NCBI GenBank assembly: GCA_963693365.1 | Contig: CAVNZM010000012.1 | Location: forward strand, 2,356,001-2,420,000 | From: Amoebidium appalachense | Lineage: Eukaryota; Protista; Ichthyosporea | Direction of reading: 5' to 3' | Length of the DNA: 64,000 bases | Part shown: piece after piece, positions 21,060 to 34,135 of the stretch | Layout: each line of letters starts with the position of its first letter | How positions within the stretch are numbered: the stretch's first letter is position 1 | Made by a program: the position numbers and the translations under genes | The notes under the pieces: model-generated | What the model saw: only the letters and a program-made list of their open reading frames with translations | Database searches by the model: none | What the model was told of the DNA's origin: nothing

Positions 21060-21612
21060 ACATACAGGGCAAGGTCAAGGTTCTGACGCCCAAGAACCCA
21101 GCGCAGCGCGGCTGCCAGCTGTCTTTGCTCTTTGATGAGGCTGTGAGGCCCATCTTCACGTTTATCGAGTCGAGGGGTGTCATCGTGGACATCAGGGTGG
21201 GTGCATTGCTATTTTGTTTGCGAACATGTGTGCATGTATGTGTTCCGTGGCTAATTCGATCATTAGTGTATGATAATCCTCTTCGCCCTTTAAAGCGCAG
21301 CACGCCCAAATCTTATCGTATACTTTGTAAATGAATCAGAGAAACAAGTCACCGCTGGGAACGAATTTACCCCCAAACCCACTCGTGATCGACAAAGACA
21401 GCAGTAGTCATTGTTTCGTGGGAAATGTATTTGCCACTCTCTGTTTATTCTAATCGCTCCCACTTTTCCCACTTTTCTAACACCAAATTTCAATCGCACA
21501 GGAGCCCAACGTAATTCGTGTAGCCCCCACACCTCTCTACAACGGCTTTGTCCACGTGTGGATGTTTGTGCAGCATCTTGTGGATGCTGTGGACTCCACA
21601 AGCAGCCAGTAG
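14180..21612 (+). CDS. KYNU: Kynureninase (PLP-dependent L-kynurenine hydrolase)
   Basis: Exons: 14180-14237 (tentative), 14480-14641, 15023-15152, 15851-15933, 16469-16602, 17086-17142, 17588-17647, 17972-18058, 18632-18696, 19363-19526, 20354-20532, 21068-21196, 21502-21612. Hallmark motifs: [89 protein letters not shown]. Confidence 0.95.
19210..19322. repeat. Intronic tandem duplication, 2 x ~55 bp
   Basis: TCATATCCACTCT.TTTTCATTATTAC.GT.TCAG...T.ACATACACCATTTTT occurs at 19210 and 19265. Confidence 0.8.
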
Positions 21613-22080
21613 ACCCCCAAATTTTATGGTGCAGATATATGTGCTGTGGGATATACAGACACGAAATTTCAAGTTGTCTTAGTGAACCCAGGAAAAGAGC
21701 AGTTGTGTAGATTAGCAGTAGGCGATTGGAGACCGGCGTACGGTGGGAGGTTATTGGCTTATACTGATTATGGCAGCTGTATGCTTATAGTGGCTGCGCC
21801 CAGAAAAATGGGTGTATCAACGCACGAGAAACATGCGCTAGTCATCTAAACTAGCTTCTTTGATAGTCTCTAAAATCCCGATAGAGTTTCAGGGAGATAT
21901 TCTTGTAAAAACGCGGTGTACATATTGCTGTGTGTGCATTTGGATCACCTCCCAATATGACCAATGGGATGAAAAATAAAAGTTTTTCTTGCTTATGCTG
22001 TCTTGCTTTTTTTAACAATCGATGCGAAAATTTAAGCATATTACCCTATGCATTTGCCGTCTCATACAGCCCCCCTCCCC

Positions 22081-22133
<53 letters not shown>

Positions 22134-22379
22134 ACGCCATAGCAATTGTTTTTAACAGTTTATGTTTTAGTAGGAGGTCTCCTATATCTGCAACCCTCCT
22201 ATCATGATGCATTCAGCGATAATATATCCCCCTCCCCAGGGTTGTGATTGGTGGCTATAGCTATTGAATTCAGTAAGATATGTACATGTTGCGTCCTATT
22301 TTGTGGGGTTAACACGTACAGCAAGCTGCAACCCAAAATAAATTGCCACTCGTCTTATCTTGATAGGCAATCGGCCTGA

Positions 22380-23647
22380 CTCATTGTCGTTACCTGCGAA
22401 TGTCACCACTTTACGACTGCGAAATTTTTTTTAAAATTTTTTTTTCATTTCCCTCTCCCACCCGTTCAGTGACCGCCGGCGACACCCAAAGGCTTGCATC
22501 ACCCATATCACCCGAAGTTCCGGAATTTGACCAGCTGGGGCCCGCATTTCAATGCCCGCAAAAACCATAATAAATACACATAAATATATCAAAGCTTAAA
22601 CATAGTTGCTGCATACATATATAAAAAACTTAATTAATCAAAAAGTATGGGTATTATTAGCAAAAAAAAAACCCAAAACGACTGTCCCAAAAGGCACCCG
22701 CGACGCACGTACGTGAAGTGTACGTGTCGGGGCGCTAAATTGTGGAGCAGAATATGCGATTATCCGACGGTTTCGTGAGCGAATCACAAAAAGATGGGTG
22801 CCGCAATCACTGATTTCGGTATAAATATTCATAAAATTTACAACCAACAATGGAACGCTTATATAATGAGAAAAATCGGCAAGAACTTTAAAACAGATTC
22901 CGGCGATGATTGGCCTATAGCGTCCTCTTTTTTACCAAAAAGCGTTTACCAATCGTTAGAGGGGCCAGTGCAGAGGGGATACATCACCGGCCACTGCGGC
23001 CAGCTCTTGAAGGGCTAATTAAATCGAATCAAAACACAGGAAAGCACATATTTGAATGTATGTTTGTGGACCCCCTTGACCCCGATTGTGGACCCCCCTT
23101 GACCCCCGTTTATTTCCAACACCAAATAAATTAAACGCTGGCGGAAGCCGCCTTGCGCGGGTTTCGGAACCGGCCAAAAAAGAGCCTTTGAAAGAAAAGA
23201 GAGTTTTCAGAGTCTACGATTCAGACACCAGCTGGCAGACCCCAACTTCTTTTCTACCATCCGTACTGTCACCTTCCACCGGCGCCCGCGCAGCGGGCGC
23301 CCAGACCCACCTGAGAGAGTTTCTAGAGTCTAGGATTTCAGACACCAGCTGGCAGACCCCCAGCTCAATAGACAGTTGGCCTGGTGGCGCCCGCGCAGCC
23401 GGTGCACAGCTGACCGGCCTACTTGTATGATTGCAATTGATGGAGATAAGGTCGAGAGCCTAATTTTCAACTTAGGTTGCTTCTGTCGGTTTTATTGCTC
23501 TCTGGTGGCTCACAACAATCTGGTCCCCGGGACCCCCACTACTACATCAATACATATGTTACACCGTGCCTATGGTCGCAGATCGATCAACTTGTATGGA
23601 CTAAGTCTGGGCCGTATACACACGTATCCACACTGGCTACGTGCCTA

Positions 23648-23714
<67 letters not shown>

Positions 23715-24530
23715 AAAAAAGAAGCACCTACCCTTGCCCCTAAGAGGTACTAACTAACTCAAAGAAGCTAGACGGGGGACTAAAAAGCGCGGGCGGGAGG
23801 GTGGGCTAGAGAGAGCAGCGACGGGGGACAAAAAGTACCGAGGGTGATTTAACCATCACCCGCTTTTTATAATACGTACCCTAAAAAGCTGCTACTGTGC
23901 CTATTGGGTGATCACTTCGATCTCCCAATATGGCACTACTAAGTTTAGAAAATCTGGATTTCCCAAATCAACGATTTCATGTGCCCCTTCAACACGACCC
24001 CCCCCCCCCCCCCCCCCCCCTCCTCCCCCCTCCCCCCCCCCTCTCCAAAAAAAAAAAAAAAAAAAAAAAAAAAGGAAAAACACAGACACGCCCGCCCGCG
24101 CGCTCGCGCACGCACGCACACACGAAAAACGGTGAAGCACATGTAAAGTCTGTCTTTCCATCAGATATCAGCAACCACTAGTAAGGACACATGTCATAAC
24201 ATATACGGTATGGATAATAGTATATTAATAGGGCTAGTTTCAACGTATACTTTCTGGGCCTCTCGCTCCCTCCCTTCCCAATAAGTGGCCCCCCCCCACC
24301 TACCCACCCACCCATGGGGCCAATATGAAAATCAATATTGTGAATAAAGAAGAGGTTTTGCTTGAATTTGATAAACAAAGCGACAAGCAATTATATATAA
24401 GAAACATGGGGTGTCCAGCGCCTATTTCGTGGCGAAAAGGCAAAAATCATAACTTCTCATACTAGGCGGTCGACCTCGAGGCAGCGTGGGTCAGAGGCCA
24501 TGCCGGGCGGGTTTTGCCGATTTTAGCAAC
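22380..24530. mobile_element. Possible degenerate non-autonomous DNA-transposon-like sequence
   Basis: Intergenic block with a different composition and internal direct repeats (GAGAGTTT...TTCAGACACCAGCTGGCAGACCCC at ~23199 and ~23314; GGCGCCCGCGCAGC twice; GGACCCCC.TTGACCCC twice). I found no convincing TIR, TSD or transposase. Confidence 0.2.
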
Positions 24531-24686
24531 AATGCTCGCCATGTCGATCAGTATACCTTGCCGTGAAACTTGCTACTGTCACACGGCGGTTGCGCCCATT
24601 GGCAACCTGAATGTGTGTAGTGTGGGTTAGGAGCAGCGAGTGTAAGTGAGAGTGAGAGTGTGAGTGTGAGTGTGAGTGTTAGTGTG
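24530..24686 (-). pseudogene. Degenerate duplicated fragment of the PC4/SUB1 coding exon plus its upstream intron
   Basis: Aligns to ~29061-29185 (TCGATCA..ACCTTGCCGTGAAACTTGC.TACTGTCACACGGCGGTTGCGCCCA...CTGAATGTGTGTAGTGTGGGTTAGGAGCAGCGAGTGTAAGTGAGAGTG), with indels that break the frame. Confidence 0.85.
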
Positions 24687-24694
24687 CATGCTGG

Positions 24695-25347
<653 letters not shown>

Positions 25348-25774
25348 GTAGTTTTGTCTTGTTGTTGTATGTGCCTGCTAAGGTGTCTGACATGCACATG
25401 CTTTGAGACTTCACTGTTTTGATAGGCTGTAAGCATCGCAATGCCATGCAGTTCAACACGTGGTAGCAGCGCTCGGATGTTGTGTTATTTCAGAGAGACA
25501 GCCACAAATGTGTGCTGTCCATTATATTGCATTGTATCGTAAAAGTATTGCATGCACATGATATCATCATGAGCACTCCATTTCGCCCCGCGAAAAGGTA
25601 TACACAAGCCACATGGCGCATATAATTATAACCTCAAGTGTGCTTGCAACTATAACAAGTCAATATATACAGTCGGTTCTGGCCATGTCAACCATTCCAA
25701 CACCATCTTCCCTTAATTTCAGCCTATTTACAAACGGTCTGACATGGCAGGTATTCAGTACATGCAGCCTGCTA

Positions 25775-26714
25775 TTAATAGGGCTTGGGCTGGGGGGCGC
25801 AGCAGGTGATGGCATTGCACTCGACGGAAGAGCCGGGCCATGTCTTGCAGCGCATCACCCCGCCCACCTTGGGGTCGGTCTTGGAGCCGTACGGGCAGAT
25901 GGGGGCCGGGGGGGGCTGGCCTTGTCACAGCGGATGTAGGTGGAGGGCTTGGGGGGTGGGGGTGGGGGGGCGCAGCAGGTGGCGGCAGAGCAGTGCACAG
26001 CGGAGCCGGCCCACTGTGACAGCTTGCAGCGCATGACCGCGTGCGTCTTGGGGTCGTGCTTGTAGCCGTACTTGCAGGCCACATTGGCCTTGGCGCTGTC
26101 GCAGGGAATCAGAGACGACGGCTTGGCCTCGGGCGTGGGGGGCTGGGGCTTGGGGTGGGGTGGGGGCTGGGGCTTGGGTGGGGGAGGTTGGGGGGGAGGA
26201 GACTTGCAGCAGACCTGGGGGCTGCAGTGCTGGGTGGAGCCAGCCCAAAGCTTGCAGCGCATCACGCCGCCAACCTTGGGGTCGGTCTTGTAGCCGTGGG
26301 GGCATCCGTTGCAGGTGGCGTGGGCCTCCTTGGAGTCGCAGCGCACAAACGACGGGGGTGGGGGTGGGGGTGGGGCACAGCAGAGTTTGCTGCAGGCATA
26401 GTCAGAGCCATATATCCCAGGGCTTGCAGCGCATCACCTTGGGGTTGTAGCCGTACTTGCAGGCCACCTTGGACTCTTTGCACGTGATGAACGAGGGGGA
26501 GGATGGTTGGGGGGGAGGGGGATGTGGGGCGCCAGCACAGCAGATCTTGCTGCAGGCAAAGTCGGAGCCGTCCCAGGGCTTGCAACGGGTCACATGGGGG
26601 TCGTAGCCATACTGGCACTTGACGTTAGAATCCTTGCACGTGATAAACGACGGCACGTAGCCGGCACTGACGCCAGCAACAACGGCGAAGAGAGAAGCGA
26701 CCCGCGGCCTTCAT
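25775..26714 (-). CDS. Intronless secreted Cys-rich/Pro-rich repeat protein (5 six-Cys modules); frameshifted as given (pseudogene or sequence errors)
   Basis: ATG at 26714. With a 1-nt correction the N-terminus reads MKAAVASLFAVVAGVSA|GYVPSF (signal peptide). Modules C-x6..11-C-x-(Y/H)G(Y/S)...(M/T)RCKxWxGS-x3-C-x3-CC are separated by Pro-rich linkers. Frameshifts lie near 26702, 26411 (ATAT insertion), 26355 and 25905. A TATA-like GTATATAAAC is at ~26787-26796 (-) and CCAAT boxes at ~26885-26945. Confidence 0.7.
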
Positions 26715-27520
26715 TTTCACCTTTCAATCGCTTCGAATGCGAATCATTGGCAACTGTTTTGGCTTAGAGAGACGGTAGGGTAGGCTGTTTATATACTGCC
26801 AGAGGCCCTCTTCGGAATGCGCGTATGACTTTTCGGCATCTGTCAAAACCATAAAAGGTAAGTGTATTCTTAAATTCGGCAGTAATGATTGGCTAAAGTT
26901 TACGGATTAGATTGGATGTCGTCGCACCACCTTTTAGACCAATCAAAGATAAGTCGCGTCGTTATTGGTCTCGTAAATATGACAGTCCGGGTCTCGAGGT
27001 GCTGCACTTCCGAACGGTGAAGTACAGCTTAGCTTTTTGGTACTTCTTTCTTTCAGCATTTTAAAGGGCGGCAACGAAGTGACCACCGTGGAAGAAGAAA
27101 ATGAAAACAAACAGCTTCGTGTGACAATGTATTTCTCTTTGCAGTTTTTACGACGTTTATACGGCACCGCCTTGTCGTTATTGTGGCCGTGGCAGATGGC
27201 TGTGGCTCAACCTGTACGTGCTCCATCTCTTGCTCCATCAGCCTTCGTGTATGCTGTACCAATGTAAAATCAGTCGGATCACAAAAATAAACAAAGAAAT
27301 TGTTTCTATCGAATTCAAGGCCTCAGAAATCACACGAATGCAGAAAAAGTCACAATTGTATACTTGATACGTTCATGTAATAGGGTGAACTTCACTAGTA
27401 TACGTATGTAAGGCTGAAAATACAGTATATACACCTAAGGAAAATCTAAATGCATGCAGAAGATGTAGAAGTGTAACAGAATGCATCATCATGTGAGGTG
27501 TATGTGCCTCGTTTTGACGG

Positions 27521-27622
27521 ATACGAGCTTGCCATACATGATATACGTAACTGTGGCCTTTCATCACAGTCAAAATACGAGCTTGCCATACATGATATAC
27601 GTAACTGTGGCCTTTCATCACA
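27521..27622. repeat. Tandem duplication, 2 x ~54 bp
   Basis: ATACGAGCTTGCCATACATGATATACGTAACTGTGGCCTTTCATCACA occurs at 27521 and 27575. Confidence 0.9.
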
Positions 27623-27683
27623 CACCTTGTACTGATACTTGCCGTGTTCGTAAACAGGTACACCAAAAGTTGCACGCGGATGA

Positions 27684-27785
<102 letters not shown>

Positions 27786-28172
27786 AAAAAAAAAAACTAA
27801 AAAAAAAACTAAAAAAAAAACAAAAAAAAACTGCCCATGTAATATGAAACGTTGACAAAATGTAGTGTGTGCATCAACATACTGCACATGCATATGCATG
27901 GCCGCCAGACGTGCACATATTCCGGCTTTCCGGCCACTTGCAGGATTTTTAGCAGGACCCGGCCCGAAGGGTTGCGTACTCGGGGAGGGGGGGAGGGGGG
28001 ATGGGAGGGGTTAGAGGGGGGCATGCACATGTCCACACTGTCTACCTGGTGGTGGTGCTGTCTAACTGCATGTCACCACCGACAACGGTTTATTGCTCAC
28101 TTGCTGTACACAATGTTGTCACGTTGACATATCTCGCAGTCTACCATATGCATGGCGTGGCTTGATTTTACT

Positions 28173-28203
<31 letters not shown>

Positions 28204-28446
28204 GCCTTTACCCCTAAACATTCATCCCTGCTTTCTCCAGACAAAGGCGCATATTCGTACAAAGCGTCATACCCAACCACACAGTGGTTGTTAGATCTTA
28301 CCAACCCAGTCCTCATGGTATGCGCCAAAAATGCCACGATGCATGTACGTCTATGAAGAAAGACTTCAACACTGTCATCAATGCCGTTTCTCTACAGCAA
28401 CACATCACAAAAAAAAAAAATAATAATAATAATAAAAATAAAAAAC

Positions 28447-30149
28447 TCAGCATTCCTTGATGGCCTTATCGATGTCTCCAGCCAGTGCCTTGATCTTGTC
28501 CCACTGCTCCGTGGACAGAGATATCCCTGCACAAAATAAAAGTGAGATATCCCTGAAAAAATGAGATCTCTTGCAGCACATGATGCAAAATGAGACATCC
28601 TTAAATTATGAGATATCCCTGCACATGCATGATGACAATGAAATTTTTTTTGAAAACATTGACACTAGAGCCTAAAGACTATCTCTGAAAAGAAGATGAG
28701 ATATCCCTACAAAAGTTGAAAATGCGATAGCCCCGAAAGAATTATGAGATATTCTTTCAAGAGATGAAAAAAATGAGAGAGCTCACCAGAAAAAAATGAC
28801 GCTGCAAAAGACAAGGATGAATATCTCCCCAAGAGACAAAAATACTATGTCCCAGGCAAAAACAAAGGTGAGATATCCCTAAAGTGACACCCCCCCCCTT
28901 CCCCCCCCACCCCCCGCAACCCCCCCCCCCCCTCCCCCCCCAACCCCACCCGAACCGGGGCCCCATGCACCCACACCCATACACCCACACACCCACACAC
29001 CCCACCCACTAAATTCCCACGTACCCTTCTTGCCTGGCTTCATCTCTCCACCCGCATCATAATACTCGCGAATATCGATCAACACCTTGCCGTGAAACTT
29101 GCGTACTGTCACACGGCGGTTGCGCCCAAGCTGAATGTGTGTAGTGTGGGTTAGGAGCAGCGAGTGTAAGTGAGAGTGTGAGTATGAGTATGAGTATGAG
29201 TATGAGTATGAGTATGAGTATGAGTATGAGTATGAGTATGAGTGTGAGTGTGAGTGTGAGTGTGAGTGTGAGTGTGAGTGTGAGTGTGAGTGTGAGTGTG
29301 AGTGTGAGTGTGAGTGTGAGTGTGAGTGTGAGTGTGAGTGTGAGTGTGAGTGTGAATGTGAGTGTGCGTCCCCGTGCCCGTGTGCGTGTGCGTGTGCGTG
29401 TGCGTGTGAGTGTGAGTGTGAGTGTGAGAGTGAGTGAGTGAGTGAGTGAGTGAGTGAGTGAGTGAGTGAGTGAGTGAGTGAGTGAGTGAGTGAGTGAGTA
29501 AGTGAGTGAGTGAGTGAGTGTGTGAGTGAGTGTGTGAGTGTGTGTGTGTGTGTGTGTGCGCGCGCGCTTGTGCGTGCCTGTGCGCGCCCGCATGCGCGTG
29601 CGTGTGTGTGGTTGTGTCACTTCGGAAGAGAATGTGGGGGAAGGGAGGAGGGTGGTTGCACACATTAGACAGTAAAAAACAGAGCACTCACTATGGAAAA
29701 ACTCAATGAAGAAAAGTCATTATCCCAACGTCAAGCTTAGCCAATTCACCGTACATATCGTGCAAGCAACCCAACTGTAGCCGGGGCACGCTTTAGTGAG
29801 TTTTTTGTTCGTTTTTCTCTTTTCATTTTTATTTGTTGAGGGGAGAGGGGTGGTGGCAATAGTGGTGGTGAGGGTGGTGGGGTGGGGGGGGGGGGGGGGG
29901 GGGGGGGGGGGGAGGGGAGGGGGGAGGGAGATGAGGAGGGGGGGAGGGACACAAGGGAGGGAGGGAGGGAGGGAGGGAGGGAGGGAGGGAGAGCGAAAGG
30001 GAGGGAGGTGAGGGGAAGAGAGGGGGAGGGGAGAGAGAGAAAGAAAGGGTGGGAGGGTGGGAGGGAAGGGGGGGGGGGGGAGAGGGAGAGAGATGGGGGG
30101 GGGGGGGGGGTAAAAGGAGAGGGAGGGAGGGGGAGAGGGAGAAGGGGGG

Positions 30150-30217
<68 letters not shown>

Positions 30218-31235
30218 AGTGCCTGTGAGTGCCTACAGGTTGGAAAAAAAAGGGGAAAGGGGAAAGGGGGAGGCGGGGCATACGGACGGAGGAAGAAAAG
30301 CCTTCCAGGTACTTTGTTTTAATCACGTTCGCGCAAGCCAAAAAACGAAAGTAGAAGCAGAATACGCGAGGAAGGGAGAAGAAGGAAAGGCGCACGGGGC
30401 ACGGGGCACGGGGGGAAGGGTGGTGGTGGTGGTGGTGGTGAAGGGGGAGGGGAGCGGGGGAGGGAGACTATACATCAATGAAGTCTTCGTTCTCTTCCTT
30501 CTTCTCTGATTTGGCAGCTGGTTTGGCTTTCTTTGCTTTCTTCTGCGTGGTGTCCAGCATGCAAGAGCAGGGGTTAGAGTATACCTCGGCATATCTTCTA
30601 AAAATAACGTTTCAAGAAGAGTAAAAAACACTAGGAGCAGAGTGTAATCTTCAGCGTGCACAGGAGCTCACCTCTTCCCATCTTCCTTCAGCTGCCCTCC
30701 CCACCACAGCCAGCTCCTGTTTTTGCCCGCATGTCCCCCCCTTCCCCAACCCAACCCCCCCGCCCCCTCCTCCCCCACCAAAAAAAAAAATGCCCGGCCC
30801 CGGCTCCCCGGGCCACTTCCAAAACAAGCACCCCTTACTATTGCTCAATGCTCCACAAAGTATCTGCTCCCAAGTCTCGTCTGCATGCACCTGTCGATGT
30901 ACCCAACGACATACAAGAAATGTGCATAGCATTCTTGAAACAGCACCAAGTGACTTTTTGCACATGAGACCATGCAGCCTACCAAAATGCGCTAGGGTAC
31001 GCAGTTGTGCAAGTGAAGCCCAAGAACCAGATGCAGCCTACCAAAATGCGCTAGGGTACGCAGTTGTGCAAGTGAAGCCCAAGAACCAGAGCCGACGAGA
31101 AAGGGCCAGTACTGCCTTACATACTTCGAAGTGGAGTTCTGGGGAGAGGGAGGGTGGTACAGGAGATATGTATGTGACACACACAAGCATACACATGCAC
31201 ACACAAGCGTACAAACATGATCATATTCCTGTATG

Positions 31236-31292
<57 letters not shown>

Positions 31293-31314
31293 ACGTCTTA
31301 AATAGAAGTGAGGT

Positions 31315-31368
<54 letters not shown>

Positions 31369-32018
31369 GCACACACACGCGCACACACACACATAGGGAG
31401 GGAGACAGGAGGGTGGGGGAGAGAGGGGAAGAGAGGGGGGATGGAAGGGAGAGAGTGAGGAAGCAAAAGAGAGAAAGGGGTATTTGGAGAGAGAAGTAGT
31501 TGGAAGGAGAAGAGCTCGGCAACTTTAGAAACAGATGGTGAATCAGACCCGAAATGTTGGGGACTTTAGAAGTTCACTAGAAACGGATGCATAAAAATGA
31601 TGGCAAAGGAAAAGAAAGCGAGAAAAGGGGTTGAAGGCTGGGCAGTTTGTGAGTGTATGTAAGAAGGACGTTAAAAATGGAGCAGAGACAAATTATCGCA
31701 GCAGCTAGTAGAGGTAATAACGACGGGTGGATGATGGTGAGGTGCACCTGAAAATGCACGCGTGACATCAGTTGCATTGGGGGGGGGGGGAGGGGGGAGG
31801 AGGGAGGGAGGGGGGAGGCGGGGTCTAGGGGGAAGAAGCGGAGGAAAATTAGAAGGTAAAAAAAAAAGAAGAGGGGGAGGGGGGGAGGGGGGGGAAGGGG
31901 AATTAGATGGGAAAAAAGTACCGCTCACCTCCTGTTTGGTGTCAGACCCCGACCCCGACCCTTCTTCCTCGTCCGACTCCACAAATTCCTTCGACTGGTA
32001 CTTGCTGCGCTTGGACAT
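28447..32018 (-). CDS. SUB1: Transcriptional coactivator PC4/Sub1 (ssDNA-binding p15)
   Basis: Exons: 32018-31929 ([23 protein letters not shown]), 30542-30474 (KKAKKAKP...EDFID), 29130-29025 ([35 protein letters not shown]), 28526-28447 ([13 protein letters not shown]...*). The PC4 signature IDIREYY...PGKKGISL..EQW is present. Confidence 0.93.
30972..31089. repeat. Tandem duplication, 2 x 59 bp (SUB1 intron)
   Basis: ATGCAGCCTACCAAAATGCGCTAGGGTACGCAGTTGTGCAAGTGAAGCCCAAGAACCAG occurs at 30972 and 31031. Confidence 0.9.
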
Positions 32019-32239
32019 CTTCAGGCTGAACGGAGAGCCTTCTCTCTTAACAAAGCGGCTAGCAAGGAATACCAATGTTCACTTTGCCTTAGCGGGTTCA
32101 ATGCAACACTTTCTTAGTGTCAACGATTGCGAGAATTGAATGTCTGTCACGGTACCTGCTGTTTTGAAAGCTGCCACCCGGTGGCCGAGCCGCCGGGGTG
32201 ACAGGCTGACAGCGTTCAAAAAAATATGTTTTGGCGCGA

Positions 32240-32315
32240 AATGCAATGATTGGCGGAGCTTACAGATATTACACCTAAGCCAATCAATAGATCATATACA
32301 TAACTATATATAGGA
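32240..32315. promoter_or_regulatory. Candidate bidirectional promoter for SUB1 and the quinone reductase gene
   Basis: Opposed CCAAT boxes (ATGATTGGC ~32246, AGCCAATCA ~32278) and a near-palindromic CTATATATAG (~32304) lie between divergently oriented genes. Confidence 0.45.
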
Positions 32316-33144
32316 AAGGCTCTGGCTGCTTCTCTGAGCCTCAGTGAGCCGGCCTTTTCTGTGTCTGTGTCAAGGCCTTGGTTTTTTGTGCACCATCAGT
32401 CGGCCATCAATTTTTTTTGTGACCGAGTCTAGCTACAGTAATGTAGGTACGAAAGTAATGAAAAAGCCAATATAATATACCATTATACTGTCTCCACATT
32501 CTACGTTGTCCACGAACAAGCACGAGTGGAGAAAAGCTCGGCGTAAAAAGCCAGTGTTTCTGCGCATCTAGTAGCAGATCTGATGTTATCGGGCTTTACA
32601 AAGCTGCTTTATAAACCAGTGTCTGTAAGTTTCTCGTGCTCCCCACTCTCTACTTTACCCTAAATCACCTCCCCCCTCCCCTCTGTTCTATTCCGTCTCC
32701 TTTTCCTCCCATACCCTGCATCACTCATCAGAAGCAACCCCACCTCCCCCCCCCCCCCCCCCCTCCCCTCCCCCTCTCCCCCCTCCCCCTACCCCCAACT
32801 TATCCCCAACCCTGCCCTCTTCTTTCTTCATCCCTCTGGATCTATCCCCAGGCGCTTCACACCATTCTTCAAATCAACCCAAACACCCACCGTTCAGTTG
32901 TTTCCATCTCCATTCTTCCATGAGCCCGTCTTTGTCTTTCACGGGTCGGCTGTCTCTGAAGCAAGCATGATCCTCTGGGCTCGTCCTCTGTTACTGAGTC
33001 GAGAGAACAAACACGCCTGAGATTTCGAAAAAAGAAAATTGATTGTGACTACAGAAACTTTCTGCCTGATTGTGATAAACTATAAACCATAATACCTGGC
33101 AACCAGTTTAAGCAGCTAATTTTCATGTTTTTCACTCCTAGGCC

Positions 33145-33400
33145 ATGTCTACCTACAAGGCCGTGGTGGTGCGCCAGTTTGGGCCACCGGAGGTTATGCA
33201 GCTGGAGGACCGTCCCGCGCTGGTGCCTGCGCAGGGCCAGGTACCTTAACATGTAAATTTTATACTTTTACTGTTTATCCAACCCCTTAACATGTTTATT
33301 TGTCCTCTGTTTATCCCAACCTCCCATCCCAGCGTTTTTGTTTCTTTCCAACCGATGTACTTCACTTAGGTGGTGCATCTGTGGAATATATACCTCCTCC

Positions 33401-33441
<41 letters not shown>

Positions 33442-33977
33442 AAAAAAAAAGAAAAAGACAAAAAGAAGAAAGAAGAAGAAGAAGAAAAGAAAAGGAAAAG
33501 GAAAAAGAGACAGGAGGGTGGGGGTTGGGGGAGGGGGGGTTGCCCAAGCTACCGTGTCGATAATCTTCTGATAAACAAACGTCGCAGTGGTTTTCGGTAC
33601 ACAATATAAGTGACCTTACACGTGAAGGAGGCCAGTCGTTGAGATCTCTTCTAAGGAAGCTCAAATAGCCCCATCAACTTGCAAGCTCTGCCACTGTTAT
33701 TTTATGCGGATGATTTCCTTTTCCTTGTGTGGGTGTTGATGTTTGTTTGCCTCTCCCCACGTTCATTCTGTGAAGTTGAGAGAGAGATCTGACGAGTAGG
33801 TGGTGCCCAAAAATTGTTGTTTCTGCAGTATCGAATGTTCATGGACGTCTGGAACCCACTAACTTTCGGCATTTCTCCGACAGGTGCTGATAGATATCAA
33901 GGCCATAGGTGTTAACCCGGTGGAAACTTACATCAGGTGGGTGCTTCATTTTCCTGGCTCTGACAGGCTGAGACCCC

Positions 33978-34029
<52 letters not shown>

Positions 34030-34103
34030 CCACCCCCTCACCTGCCCCTTCACCCCCCCACCCCCCACCCCCTCCCTTTTTTTTTTTTTTTTTTTTTTTG
34101 GGT

Positions 34104-34135
<32 letters not shown>

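Noticed and set aside
24175-24190. CACTAGTA as a CACTA transposon terminus
   Set aside because: No matching inverted terminus or 3-bp TSD was found.
29160-29560. (GAGTAT)n/(GAGTGT)n/(GAGT)n array as an interstitial telomere
   Set aside because: The units grade into one another and into (GT)n, as expected for ordinary microsatellite evolution in an intron, and do not match a recognisable telomere repeat.
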